A stretch of 64,000 nucleotides of DNA from Peptococcaceae bacterium BICA1-8 (lineage in GTDB: Bacteria; Bacillota; Peptococcia; Peptococcales; BICA1-8): contig JUEF01000018.1 in NCBI GenBank assembly GCA_000802045.1, positions 3,823 to 67,822 on the forward strand, read 5' to 3'. Positions 37,195-46,067 of the stretch are shown piece after piece. Made by a program: the position numbers and the translations under genes. The notes under the pieces were generated by a model. The model was given only the letters and a program-made list of their open reading frames with translations, was not told where the DNA came from and did not search any database. Within the stretch, counting starts at the first letter, position 1. Each line of letters begins with the position of its first letter.

Positions 37195-38604
37195 ATGCCT
37201 GAACAATTAACCCGTAGGCAAATGATTAAAGCTTTAGGCTTAGCAGGAGCTGGAGTAAGCCTAGCGGCAGTAAGCGGTGGAAACCCTTTAAATGCTGCAA
37301 GTGAAGCAATAGCAGATACTAAAGCCCAGCCCGTACCACGCCGTTATTGGTGGGTAAAAAATGTAGACAAAATAACAATGGAAGTGGATTGGAAAAACTA
37401 CAAAAGGTTTAGTGAATGGAAGACTACTAGAGGGAGCTTAAAAGAGTACCGTGGGAATGCAGAAGATGCTAAATATTTGAAGCTGCAAAAAGATAACCTT
37501 TTGAAATGGGAGCTAGAAAATGTTCCCGGGTATACAACAAAGGATACGGCTTTAAAAAATGCCGTAGGTTATGGACGTCCACCTTTCCAATTTATGGGTC
37601 CACAGACGGTGTCTACTCCACAGGATAGGGGAGTCCCTATTTATGAAGGATCTCCTGAAGAAAGTTCCAGGATAATAACTGCTGCCTTAAGACATATGGG
37701 AGCAGCAACTGTTGGTTTTGTACAACTTGAACCTGATTCAACCCGTAAGCTTATCTATGCAGAGGAACCGGCACCTAGTAAAAAGCCAATTTTCTTTGAA
37801 AATGTTGATGTCGGTTATGAGGATGAGAAGAAGCTGGTAGTACCTGATAAAGCCCGCTGGATAATAGTTTTTACTATTCAAATGTCAACGGAGACTATGA
37901 AATATGGCCCTACCCAGTTAGGCTCTCTGACTACGGCACTAACATATACTAGAATGTGGACAATTGTTTCCCAGCTCCATGAATTTTTACGGGGATTAGG
38001 CTATCATTCTTATGGTCCCAGTCAGTTTAACGGTTTTTCAATTAACCCGGCTTTGGCTACCTTGGCAGGCTTAGGTGAGATGTCCAGGTTAAATCGGATA
38101 ATTACTCCTGAGTATGGCCCTATGGTCAGAGCAGTTTCAATTGCAACAGATCTACCCCTTGCTCCAACAAAACCTATTAGCTTTGGAGTAATGGATTTCT
38201 GTAAAGATTGTAAGACCTGTGCGGAGATTTGTCCATCAGGTGCCTTAAGTATGGACAGAGAACCATCCTGGGAGGGTAAAGGTCCCTGGAATAACGGTGG
38301 AGCCCATAAAGCTTGGTACGAAGACTCTGTGAAATGTAGAAATTACTGGAATACCTGTGGAACCAACTGCGGAACCTGTTTTTCTTCTTGTCCTTATGCT
38401 GTTGATGATGAAGCCAGTATGCATAAGATTATTAAAGGGACAATTGCTAGTACTACTATGTTTAATTCATTACTAGTTGCTGCTGATCGCAAGGCATTTC
38501 CGGCAACAACGGGACAGCCCATGAAAAACCCTGAAGACTGGTGGAAGGATACAAATCTGGCTGAGATGGGTATTGACACCCGTCGCGGCGGTAGAAATAT
38601 TTAA
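37195..38604 (+). CDS. rdhA: Reductive dehalogenase catalytic subunit (Tat-exported)
   Basis: Tat signal TRRQMIK; WWVK…EVDW…KRF; HMGAATVGF; LAGLGEMSRLN; FCKDCKTCAEICP and CGTNCGTCFSSCP Fe-S motifs. Confidence 0.93.
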   Translation: MPEQLTRRQMIKALGLAGAGVSLAAVSGGNPLNAASEAIADTKAQPVPRRYWWVKNVDKITMEVDWKNYKRFSEWKTTRGSLKEYRGNAEDAKYLKLQKDNLLKWELENVPGYTTKDTALKNAVGYGRPPFQFMGPQTVSTPQDRGVPIYEGSPEESSRIITAALRHMGAATVGFVQLEPDSTRKLIYAEEPAPSKKPIFFENVDVGYEDEKKLVVPDKARWIIVFTIQMSTETMKYGPTQLGSLTTALTYTRMWTIVSQLHEFLRGLGYHSYGPSQFNGFSINPALATLAGLGEMSRLNRIITPEYGPMVRAVSIATDLPLAPTKPISFGVMDFCKDCKTCAEICPSGALSMDREPSWEGKGPWNNGGAHKAWYEDSVKCRNYWNTCGTNCGTCFSSCPYAVDDEASMHKIIKGTIASTTMFNSLLVAADRKAFPATTGQPMKNPEDWWKDTNLAEMGIDTRRGGRNI

Positions 38605-38608
38605 ATAA

Positions 38609-38926
38609 ATGGAGGTGGATGGATTGCTCTGGTTAATCTTAGGTATTATTATCGGTGTAGCCGCGTTTTGGGTATTTAATGCAAATAAAAGCGGGAAGAT
38701 AACTGTTAAGTGGTATCAGTGGGCATTAGGAATAATTGCCCTAGTAATGCTTTTGTTGACAGTTGAAAACTATATTAATTTTCAAAAAGAGCTTGAACCG
38801 GTGGCAGCTAATTTTATGCTGGTTGGGCTAGGAGTACCGGCCTTGTTAGCCGCATCTCTAATTTGGTTAATTCCTGTGTTTAAAAAAGGTAAAGCTAACA
38901 CAGGTGAAACAAAGGTATCAAGCTAG
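38609..38926 (+). CDS. rdhB: Reductive dehalogenase membrane anchor
   Basis: 105 aa, three TM helices, KWYQW and ELEPVAA motifs, 4 bp after rdhA. Confidence 0.88.
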   Translation: MEVDGLLWLILGIIIGVAAFWVFNANKSGKITVKWYQWALGIIALVMLLLTVENYINFQKELEPVAANFMLVGLGVPALLAASLIWLIPVFKKGKANTGETKVSS

Positions 38927-38932
38927 AACAAC

Positions 38933-38959
38933 AAGGTTGAAGGATTATCCTTCAACCTT
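38933..38959 (+). terminator. Terminator after rdhB
   Basis: AAGGTTGAAGGA-TTA-TCCTTCAACCTT. Confidence 0.65.
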
Positions 38960-39048
38960 TAATGTTCTTAATCCCATTTATATACATTTTATTTTTGGAG
39001 GAATAGAAACTTTAAAAGCCGAATATAGCATATAGGCTTTTTCAAGGG

Positions 39049-40608
39049 GTGATATTATTGTCTGCTTTGGATCAAAATGATAATATTCTTAACAGCTTCT
39101 CTGACCTATTGGTTCGTTCACCCAGTTGTAGTTGTGTTTTAAAAGACCTTTTAGAAACAGTTGTAAATAATTGGCACGCAAATATTGGCATGATTCTGAT
39201 CAAAGATCATCAAGATAATCTTCGGCCCCTAGCCTTGATAAATAAAACAAATATTGAACTTAAAATAAAATTTGCAGCTCGCGATTTTCATGAGCACTTG
39301 AGCGGTCTTGTAAATATCCAAGCATGTTTGATAACAGATAGTCAGATAGAGTTTAAAGAAGATGGGGATATGTTTATTTTCTCTTGTCCCTTATGGATAG
39401 AAAACAAAATTATTGGGATATTGTCCTTATGTGGTATGGCAGAATACTTGCCGAAAAAAGAAGATATTGCAATTCTACAGGTTATTACCAACCAGATATC
39501 ACTATCTTTAGAAAAGGAATTAGCTGTTGAAAAAAATAATACTCAACAGTATTGTTTCAATTCAGTTTTAGACAGTCTGACTGAGGGGATAGCAATAGTA
39601 AATGTGAATAAAATAATTTATTCTAACTCTTTAATTAGAAGGATGTTAAAGTGTGGGGTAAATGTAAATATAAACTTAGAGGATTTTTTTAATTGTGTAA
39701 TTAATATAAGTAAAGAGCCATTTAAAACTCAAATCTACCTTGAAACATGCAGAGTAGTTGAGAAGGAAACTTATACCTTTGAGATTGAAACTAAGGATAA
39801 TAGCTATATGAAATTTACTAAATTTCATATCCTTTCACCGGGCAAGGAACTTCTAAGCTTTGGCTTTTTAGTTAGTGATATTACTAAGCACAAAGAAGCA
39901 GATAAATTGAAAAATGATCTTATGGCAATTGTCAGCCATGAATTACGTACACCTCTTACCAGTATTAAAGGTAATGTAAGCTCATTATTGAGAAAAGATG
40001 TAATGTGGACTGATGAAATGAAGGACGATTTTTTAAACGATATCTATGATGAATGTAACAGATTAAATATGCTAATTGAGAAAATCTTAGATATCTCTAA
40101 AATAAATGCAGGGGTCTTAAAACTACAAAAAGAATTAATAAGAATTGATAAACTATTAAATAAATTTAATTTAAAGATTGTAAATAGACTTTTCCAGAGG
40201 CAGGAAATAAATTTTGACATTAATAATGGAACGGATATCTTAGAGATTGACGAAGAAAAAATACAACAGGTGTTAGTAAATCTTATCGATAACGCGGTTA
40301 AATACGGTGAAGGTGATGTAAAAATAAAAATCGGTGTAAGAAGAGAGGACGACATGGTGCTTTTTTCTGTCGCGGATAATGGACCTGGAATAGCCCAGGA
40401 TGTTTTAGATAAAATTTTCCAAAAGTTTTATCAAGTAAATAATAGTTCCCATGCTAATAACCTGGGAAGTGGATTGGGGTTAGCTATATGCAAAGGTTTT
40501 GTTCAGGCCCATGGAGGAACAATTTGGGTCGGAAGTACCCTAGGCAAAGGGAGTACCTTTTATTTTACTCTTCCTTTAAAAAAAGAAGGGGGTGAGGTAT
40601 TTGGCTAA
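39049..40608 (+). CDS. Soluble sensor histidine kinase (GAF-like + PAS-like + HisKA + HATPase)
   Basis: IVSHELRTPLTSIKG, QVLVNLIDNAVKY, DNGPGI, GSGLGLAICKGFVQAHGG; no TM segments. Confidence 0.92.
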   Translation: MILLSALDQNDNILNSFSDLLVRSPSCSCVLKDLLETVVNNWHANIGMILIKDHQDNLRPLALINKTNIELKIKFAARDFHEHLSGLVNIQACLITDSQIEFKEDGDMFIFSCPLWIENKIIGILSLCGMAEYLPKKEDIAILQVITNQISLSLEKELAVEKNNTQQYCFNSVLDSLTEGIAIVNVNKIIYSNSLIRRMLKCGVNVNINLEDFFNCVINISKEPFKTQIYLETCRVVEKETYTFEIETKDNSYMKFTKFHILSPGKELLSFGFLVSDITKHKEADKLKNDLMAIVSHELRTPLTSIKGNVSSLLRKDVMWTDEMKDDFLNDIYDECNRLNMLIEKILDISKINAGVLKLQKELIRIDKLLNKFNLKIVNRLFQRQEINFDINNGTDILEIDEEKIQQVLVNLIDNAVKYGEGDVKIKIGVRREDDMVLFSVADNGPGIAQDVLDKIFQKFYQVNNSSHANNLGSGLGLAICKGFVQAHGGTIWVGSTLGKGSTFYFTLPLKKEGGEVFG

Positions 40609-41296
40609 AAAAGTATTATTAGTAGAAGATGACGAAAAAATTATGAGGTTTATTCGAGCTAATTTAGTAGCAAGCAATTTTGAGGTAATTACTGCAAAAG
40701 ACGGCAGAGAAGCATTGGAAAAATACGAGCAGCTTTTACCTGATTTGATACTACTAGACCTTATGCTGCCAGAGATAGGCGGTTTTGATGTACTTAAAAA
40801 TATAAGAGAATATTCATCAGTTCCGGTTATTATTATCACTGCCAAAGGGAACACCTCTGATACAATTCGTGGTTTAGAATTAGGGGCAGATGATTATGTT
40901 GTAAAGCCTTTTGATATAAATGAATTATTAGCTAGAATAAATGCCGTTGTTAGAAGATGTATTAAAGAGAGGATTGATGACAGTCCCATTTTAAATACAG
41001 GTGAACTGCATATTAATTTGGCTAGCTATAAGGTGAAGGTAGGAATTAACAATATTAAACTAACACCTACTGAATTTAAACTTTTGGCAGAATTAGCAAT
41101 AAATAATGGCAAAGTAATTACCCATGAAGCCCTGCTAACTAAAATTTGGGGGCTTGAATATAGGGACGAAACCCATTATTTAAGGGTATGTGTAGCAAGA
41201 ATTAGACAGAAGTTGAAGCTAAGAGATGGAGATATAGGATTTATTCAGACAATTCCTACTGTAGGATACAAAATGCAAGAGGATACCACCTTGTAG
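40601..41296 (+). CDS. OmpR/KdpE-family response regulator
   Basis: VLLVEDD, DLILLDLMLP, GADDYVVKPF, winged helix LTPTEFKLL...YLRVCVARIRQKL; TTG at 40601. Confidence 0.93.
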   Translation: MAKKVLLVEDDEKIMRFIRANLVASNFEVITAKDGREALEKYEQLLPDLILLDLMLPEIGGFDVLKNIREYSSVPVIIITAKGNTSDTIRGLELGADDYVVKPFDINELLARINAVVRRCIKERIDDSPILNTGELHINLASYKVKVGINNIKLTPTEFKLLAELAINNGKVITHEALLTKIWGLEYRDETHYLRVCVARIRQKLKLRDGDIGFIQTIPTVGYKMQEDTTL

Positions 41297-41314
41297 TAAT
41301 TTGGGAGGATTCAG

Positions 41315-42538
41315 ATGAATATTCAGCCTGTAAATAAAACTACCGCCGAACTATATGAGGTGGAACATTCTTATAAAAGATTTAATCAAATGAATAATCT
41401 TATTATTCAAATGTACTGGAACGAGGAAATAAAAAAGCTAGAAAACAAACGACAAGAAAACCTGCAAAAGTATATAAAGGAAAAGAGGGCAGGTTATTCA
41501 CTTCTGGATTTTGCTTATTTTAATGGTCCATTAAGCTTTGTTGATAACATTAATTACGGAATAAATTTTTGTGATCAAAAAGCAAATAGTTGGTCCAGTG
41601 ATCTTGCATCTGGAAAAGTAGACTTAGATGTCTTTAGTCCCCAAGAATTAACAACGGCAATAAAAAAAGCTTCAAGTATGTATGGAGCAAGTGATGTTGG
41701 TATTGCCCCATTAGACCGCCGTTGGTTTTACTCCCATTGGTTTGATCACAATACTAAAAAGAGCTATCCAATCCATTTTTCAGATGAGGATGAAAAATAT
41801 TCCTATATAAAAGAACCTACACTTTTGGAAAATAACATAAGAGTAATACCAAAAGAGATGAAATCGGTAATAGTTTTTATTTTTGAGATGAGTAATGAAT
41901 GCTTAAAACGGTCCCCGACAATTTTGCCGTATGGGGAAGGAGTAAATGTATATTCCAAAATGAGCTTGCTTACCATGAACATTGCCGGTTTTATAAGAAC
42001 ATTAGGATATAATGCTATACCAAGTATAAACTGTACAGCTTTAAATATACCCTTAGCAATAGACGCCGGATTAGGGCAACTAGGGCGTAATGGAAAACTT
42101 ATAAATCCCCATTTAGGTTCACGAATAAGGATTGCAAAGGTTATTACCGATATGCCCTTAATACATGATAAGCCCATTAATTTTGGTGTTACAGAATTTT
42201 GTGATGCTTGTCGAAAGTGTGCGAGGGAGTGTCCAGTTGGTGCAATTCCCAGCGGTACTAGAACTAGACAGCCAGTTGATGAACTGGGTAATGCTCATTA
42301 TTTAAGATGGCCAGTTAATCATAAGAAGTGTTTTGAATATTGGAGTGAATGTGGGACAAATTGTAATATCTGCTTATATGTATGTTCTTATAACCGGGGG
42401 TATAAGTGGACAAAAGGTATTTTAAATGCCACTCATAGAGATAATTCTCTTATTGATACCCTATTAGATGGCCTTGAAGATGACTATGGATTAGAATTAA
42501 TAAATAAAGACTCTGATGATTTTTGGTTTAAGGGATAA
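41315..42538 (+). CDS. rdhA: Second reductive dehalogenase-like corrinoid/Fe-S protein lacking a Tat signal
   Basis: YKRFNQ, IKKASSMYGASDVGIAPLDRRWFYSHW, LGYNAIPS, PLAIDAGLGQLGRNG, FCDACRKCARECP, CGTNCNICLYVC; no RR motif; RBS GGAGG directly after the regulator stop. Confidence 0.85.
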   Translation: MNIQPVNKTTAELYEVEHSYKRFNQMNNLIIQMYWNEEIKKLENKRQENLQKYIKEKRAGYSLLDFAYFNGPLSFVDNINYGINFCDQKANSWSSDLASGKVDLDVFSPQELTTAIKKASSMYGASDVGIAPLDRRWFYSHWFDHNTKKSYPIHFSDEDEKYSYIKEPTLLENNIRVIPKEMKSVIVFIFEMSNECLKRSPTILPYGEGVNVYSKMSLLTMNIAGFIRTLGYNAIPSINCTALNIPLAIDAGLGQLGRNGKLINPHLGSRIRIAKVITDMPLIHDKPINFGVTEFCDACRKCARECPVGAIPSGTRTRQPVDELGNAHYLRWPVNHKKCFEYWSECGTNCNICLYVCSYNRGYKWTKGILNATHRDNSLIDTLLDGLEDDYGLELINKDSDDFWFKG

Positions 42539-42552
42539 AATTAGGATAAAAA

Positions 42553-42570
42553 ATCGCCCAACGGGGCGAT
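42553..42570. terminator. Bidirectional terminator between rdhA2 and FAH gene
   Basis: ATCGCCC-AACG-GGGCGAT flanked by A and T tracts. Confidence 0.6.
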
Positions 42571-42583
42571 CTTTTATTATTGG

Positions 42584-43465
42584 CTAAGCTAGGGTGATTT
42601 TTAATTCACCTAGTTTTTCGATCTTTGTTATTACTTCATCGCCAGCTTTTAGCCATACCTGCTTATCCTCAGGGTAACCCATAATAACACCTTGGGGTGT
42701 ACCGGTAAAAATGATATCCCCGGGACGTAATGTTATGTATTGGGAGATATAACTTACTAACTGGGCACAGCTAAAGACCATATCATTAGTATTTGAGGAT
42801 TGTCTTATTTCGCCATTTACTCGGGTTTCCAGATATAAATTATCTGGATCACCTACTTCATCTGCAGTAACCAAATGTTTGCCTATAGGTGCGAAACTAT
42901 CAAGAGCTTTACCTAATAACCATTGACTTGTTTTAAATTGAAGATCACGGGCAGATAAATCATTACCTGTACAATAACCGAATACTTTTGACAAGGCTTC
43001 TTCTTCACTAACATTTTGAGCTTTTTGTCCCATAACAATAACTAGTTCAACTTCATAATCCATTTTTTGCACAACACTTGGGATTTTGATTGTTTCGCCA
43101 AAAGCTGCTAGAGAGTTATTGAATTTATTGAATAGGAGAGGAGAAGTGGGGATGGCCATATTAGACTCTTCAGCGTGTTGTCTATAATTAAGTCCAACAC
43201 ATAATATTTTTTCTGGGTTAGTTACGCATGGCCCATAGACTATATTTTCCTCATCATAGAAAAGACCGGAGGGATCATTTAGGGCTAATTCAAGTATGGT
43301 CTGGACCGATTTATATTGTATATCCCATTTACTAATTAGGTCCATGATATTTGTATGTACTGGTGTATTGAATTTTTCACTAGCTTTTTTTAGATTAAGA
43401 ATTCCTTGTTCGGTTTGAATTCCGGTGCTGTATTGATTGTCTTGCAAAACGTTTAGTAATTTCAT
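42584..43465 (-). CDS. Fumarylacetoacetate hydrolase family protein
   Basis: KILCVGLNYRQHAEE, MDYEVELVIV, GNDLSARDLQ, LRPGDIIFTGTP. Confidence 0.9.
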   Translation of the reverse strand: MKLLNVLQDNQYSTGIQTEQGILNLKKASEKFNTPVHTNIMDLISKWDIQYKSVQTILELALNDPSGLFYDEENIVYGPCVTNPEKILCVGLNYRQHAEESNMAIPTSPLLFNKFNNSLAAFGETIKIPSVVQKMDYEVELVIVMGQKAQNVSEEEALSKVFGYCTGNDLSARDLQFKTSQWLLGKALDSFAPIGKHLVTADEVGDPDNLYLETRVNGEIRQSSNTNDMVFSCAQLVSYISQYITLRPGDIIFTGTPQGVIMGYPEDKQVWLKAGDEVITKIEKLGELKITLA

Positions 43466-43628
43466 AAAAAACCTCCATTTGACAAAGTATTACTATTTAT
43501 TCTATAGATATAGTGTGTACCCTTTAATTAAAATATTAAATCTATGAAAGTAATTAAAAAAAAGCTCAACTATGATTAATATCCGCTAGCTGAGCTTTTT
43601 TACTTTTCTATATTTTTTAGTAGACTTA

Positions 43629-44255
43629 TTAATCTTCTTTTATTAATTTTTTTGGTTTAAGCTTAATAGGTTTACTGAGAGTATTTTTGTTTTTAATTTT
43701 AAAGCTAATCGGTTTACTGATAGGCTCAGGTACTAAGGGAAAGCTTGCTTTAATTAATTTAATTTTTTCTATTAATTTATTACTAGCAGCATCGTCCTTA
43801 AACAATAATTTAGTAAATACGGCCATAGATAAGCCAAAAATAAAATGGGCGATAATAGTGACTATTATACCCGACGGGGTTTGAGGCAATTTACCCTCGA
43901 CGGATTGACCAAGCAATGTTCCAAGGAGAGTTGCCCAAATAAGGAGGCCATAGCCTATTCCTTTAATTAACAAATACTTTCGGCCAAAAAAATATATAAA
44001 ATATACAAATAGTACTCCTAACACAGCTGAAACAGTTAAATCCGCAACTGCTCCAATAAACAATGCAGCTGGCTTAGATAAGTCATTTTTATCAAGAAAG
44101 CGGGCAGCAACAATTTGCCAAAAAACTATATTTGTCCAACCTAGCATATACATAGCATAATTTGAGATTAGTTTAAAGGTAACGGAAATTATACCTATTA
44201 ATGCACCTAACATTATTTTATCTTTTAGCAAATTAAATTCACCTCTAAAGAGCAT
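43629..44255 (-). CDS. Hypothetical membrane protein (four TM) with Lys/Pro-rich tail
   Basis: Hydrophobic segments, AHFIFG; the start may be TTG at 44231 (RBS AGAGGTGA). Confidence 0.65.
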   Translation of the reverse strand: MLFRGEFNLLKDKIMLGALIGIISVTFKLISNYAMYMLGWTNIVFWQIVAARFLDKNDLSKPAALFIGAVADLTVSAVLGVLFVYFIYFFGRKYLLIKGIGYGLLIWATLLGTLLGQSVEGKLPQTPSGIIVTIIAHFIFGLSMAVFTKLLFKDDAASNKLIEKIKLIKASFPLVPEPISKPISFKIKNKNTLSKPIKLKPKKLIKED

Positions 44256-44316
44256 TATTAATTTTATAATGCTCTAGATTTCGAGAACTTAATCTGACAT
44301 ATTTTGGATGCAGTGC

Positions 44317-44712
44317 TTATGAAAATGAAGTTGATGACTTCCCATGTTTTTCTTCATCAATGATAGTTGCAATTTTATTATTGTTATCAACAATAACTAT
44401 ATTAGGCTTATGCTGCCTTGCAGCATTTTCATCAAGCCAGGTATAAGATATGATGATTACAATATCCCCTGGCTGGACAAGTCTGGCGGCAGCACCGTTT
44501 AGACAGATTACGCCACTTCCTCTTTCACCTGGTATTGTATAAGTTTCCAACCGGGCACCATTATTATTATTTACCACTTGAACCTTTTCATTAGGAAGTA
44601 TTCCTGCGGCATCCAACAAATCTTGGTCAATGGTGATGCTTCCCACATAATTTAGGTTGGCTTCCGTAACTTTGGCTTTATGAATTTTCCCTTTAAACAT
44701 GTTCACTAACAT
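44317..44712 (-). CDS. panD: Aspartate 1-decarboxylase
   Basis: [41 protein letters not shown]. Confidence 0.96.
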   Translation of the reverse strand: MLVNMFKGKIHKAKVTEANLNYVGSITIDQDLLDAAGILPNEKVQVVNNNNGARLETYTIPGERGSGVICLNGAAARLVQPGDIVIIISYTWLDENAARQHKPNIVIVDNNNKIATIIDEEKHGKSSTSFS

Positions 44713-44714
44713 AG

Positions 44715-45560
44715 CTACTCAACCTCCATTACAATGTTATCAAGGAGTCGGGTTTTTCCTATTTTTACCGCTAAAGCTATTAAGACCTTGTTCTTTAAAA
44801 TTTTTAGATCTTTCAGAGTATGAAAATCAACGATCTCAACGTAATCAATATTGCAGTTGGGGTCTTTTTCGAGAAAAGATGTAATTGAATCTACAATTAT
44901 TTCTGCAGTTCTTTCTCCCTGTTTAATTAATTCTTCAGCTTTACCTAAGGACTGGGATAAAAGTAGAGCTGATTGCCGTTCTTTATTGTTAAGATAGACA
45001 TTTCTAGAACTTAGGGCTAAGCCATCCTTTTCCCTGATAATGGGGCAGGGTACTATTTCAATATCAAAGTTTAAATCTTTTACCATCTGGGTTATCACGG
45101 CAACCTGTTGGGCATCTTTCATGCCAAAATAAGCCCGATCGGCAGGGATGATATTAAACAGTTTACTTACAACAGTTGTAACCCCCTGAAAATGCCCAGG
45201 TCTTGATGCTCCACAAAGGTTATCGGTTAATTCCTGCACTAGGACAAAACTTCTGGATTTTTCAGGATACATTTCTTCTAGTGAAGGATTAAATAAGAGG
45301 TCTGCTCCAGCGTCTAAAGCAAGATTATAATCCCTCTGTAAATCCCGTGGGTACTTTTCAAAATCATCGTTAGGACCAAATTGAATGGGGTTTATGAAAA
45401 CACTGACAACAACTACATCGTTTTCAGCCTTAGCTTTTTTAATCAAGGATAAATGTCCTTGGTGCAAGTACCCCATTGTAGGAACTAATCCGATGCTTTT
45501 ACCTAGTTTTTTTTGTTCCTTTACATATAGCCTTGTTTCTTTAATATAATGAAATAACAT
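44715..45560 (-). CDS. panC: Pantoate-beta-alanine ligase
   Basis: [51 protein letters not shown]. Confidence 0.96.
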   Translation of the reverse strand: MLFHYIKETRLYVKEQKKLGKSIGLVPTMGYLHQGHLSLIKKAKAENDVVVVSVFINPIQFGPNDDFEKYPRDLQRDYNLALDAGADLLFNPSLEEMYPEKSRSFVLVQELTDNLCGASRPGHFQGVTTVVSKLFNIIPADRAYFGMKDAQQVAVITQMVKDLNFDIEIVPCPIIREKDGLALSSRNVYLNNKERQSALLLSQSLGKAEELIKQGERTAEIIVDSITSFLEKDPNCNIDYVEIVDFHTLKDLKILKNKVLIALAVKIGKTRLLDNIVMEVE

Positions 45561-45582
45561 TTTCTTGACCCCCTAAAAATAA

Positions 45583-45713
45583 TTAATGCCTCTTTGAGAC
45601 AAAAGACTCAAAGAGGCATTAAGGTAATAATTAAGAGAAAACCTTTCTGAAACTAGAAAGGTAAGGTTCTATAATAACTATTCCTTTCGTCTCGGTCCTA
45701 TTGGCTCAGAGCG
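45583..45713 (-). promoter_or_regulatory. Attenuator-like 5' leader of panCD (possible pan RNA motif)
   Basis: On the minus strand: CGCTCTGAGCCAATAGGACCGAGACG (45713-45688), a small hairpin (45641-45662), then a 16-bp-stem terminator (45583-45622) just upstream of the panC RBS. The pan-motif assignment is from memory, not a covariance search. Confidence 0.5.
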
Positions 45714-46067
45714 AAAACAATATATTAAGTTGTTGGATAATTTTTTTAAAGGTTTAGTTCCATGTGGATACTAGCCTTAAATTATAGGTTGATTTATTAT
45801 TAATTTTTAAAACTCTTATGATATAAATATACAATAAATGAACTAAAATATCTACTTCTTTATTCAAATTTATCCCTTCTTATGTTATTAAGGGAGGTAG
45901 AATTTTATTAATCATGCTCCAGTCCATCGGGATATGGTGTATTCCTTTTGATTAAATATGAAATAAATGAAAAATTATAGGAGTTTCATTTTTTAAAAGC
46001 AATTGATATCGATAATAAGTCCGATTTGAAAGAAAGAGTAGGTTGATGATTAAAATGGTAAAGAGGA

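Noticed and set aside
34000-43500. Mobile element or integrative boundaries around the rdh locus
   Set aside because: No integrase, transposase, tRNA or flanking direct repeats were visible in the window.
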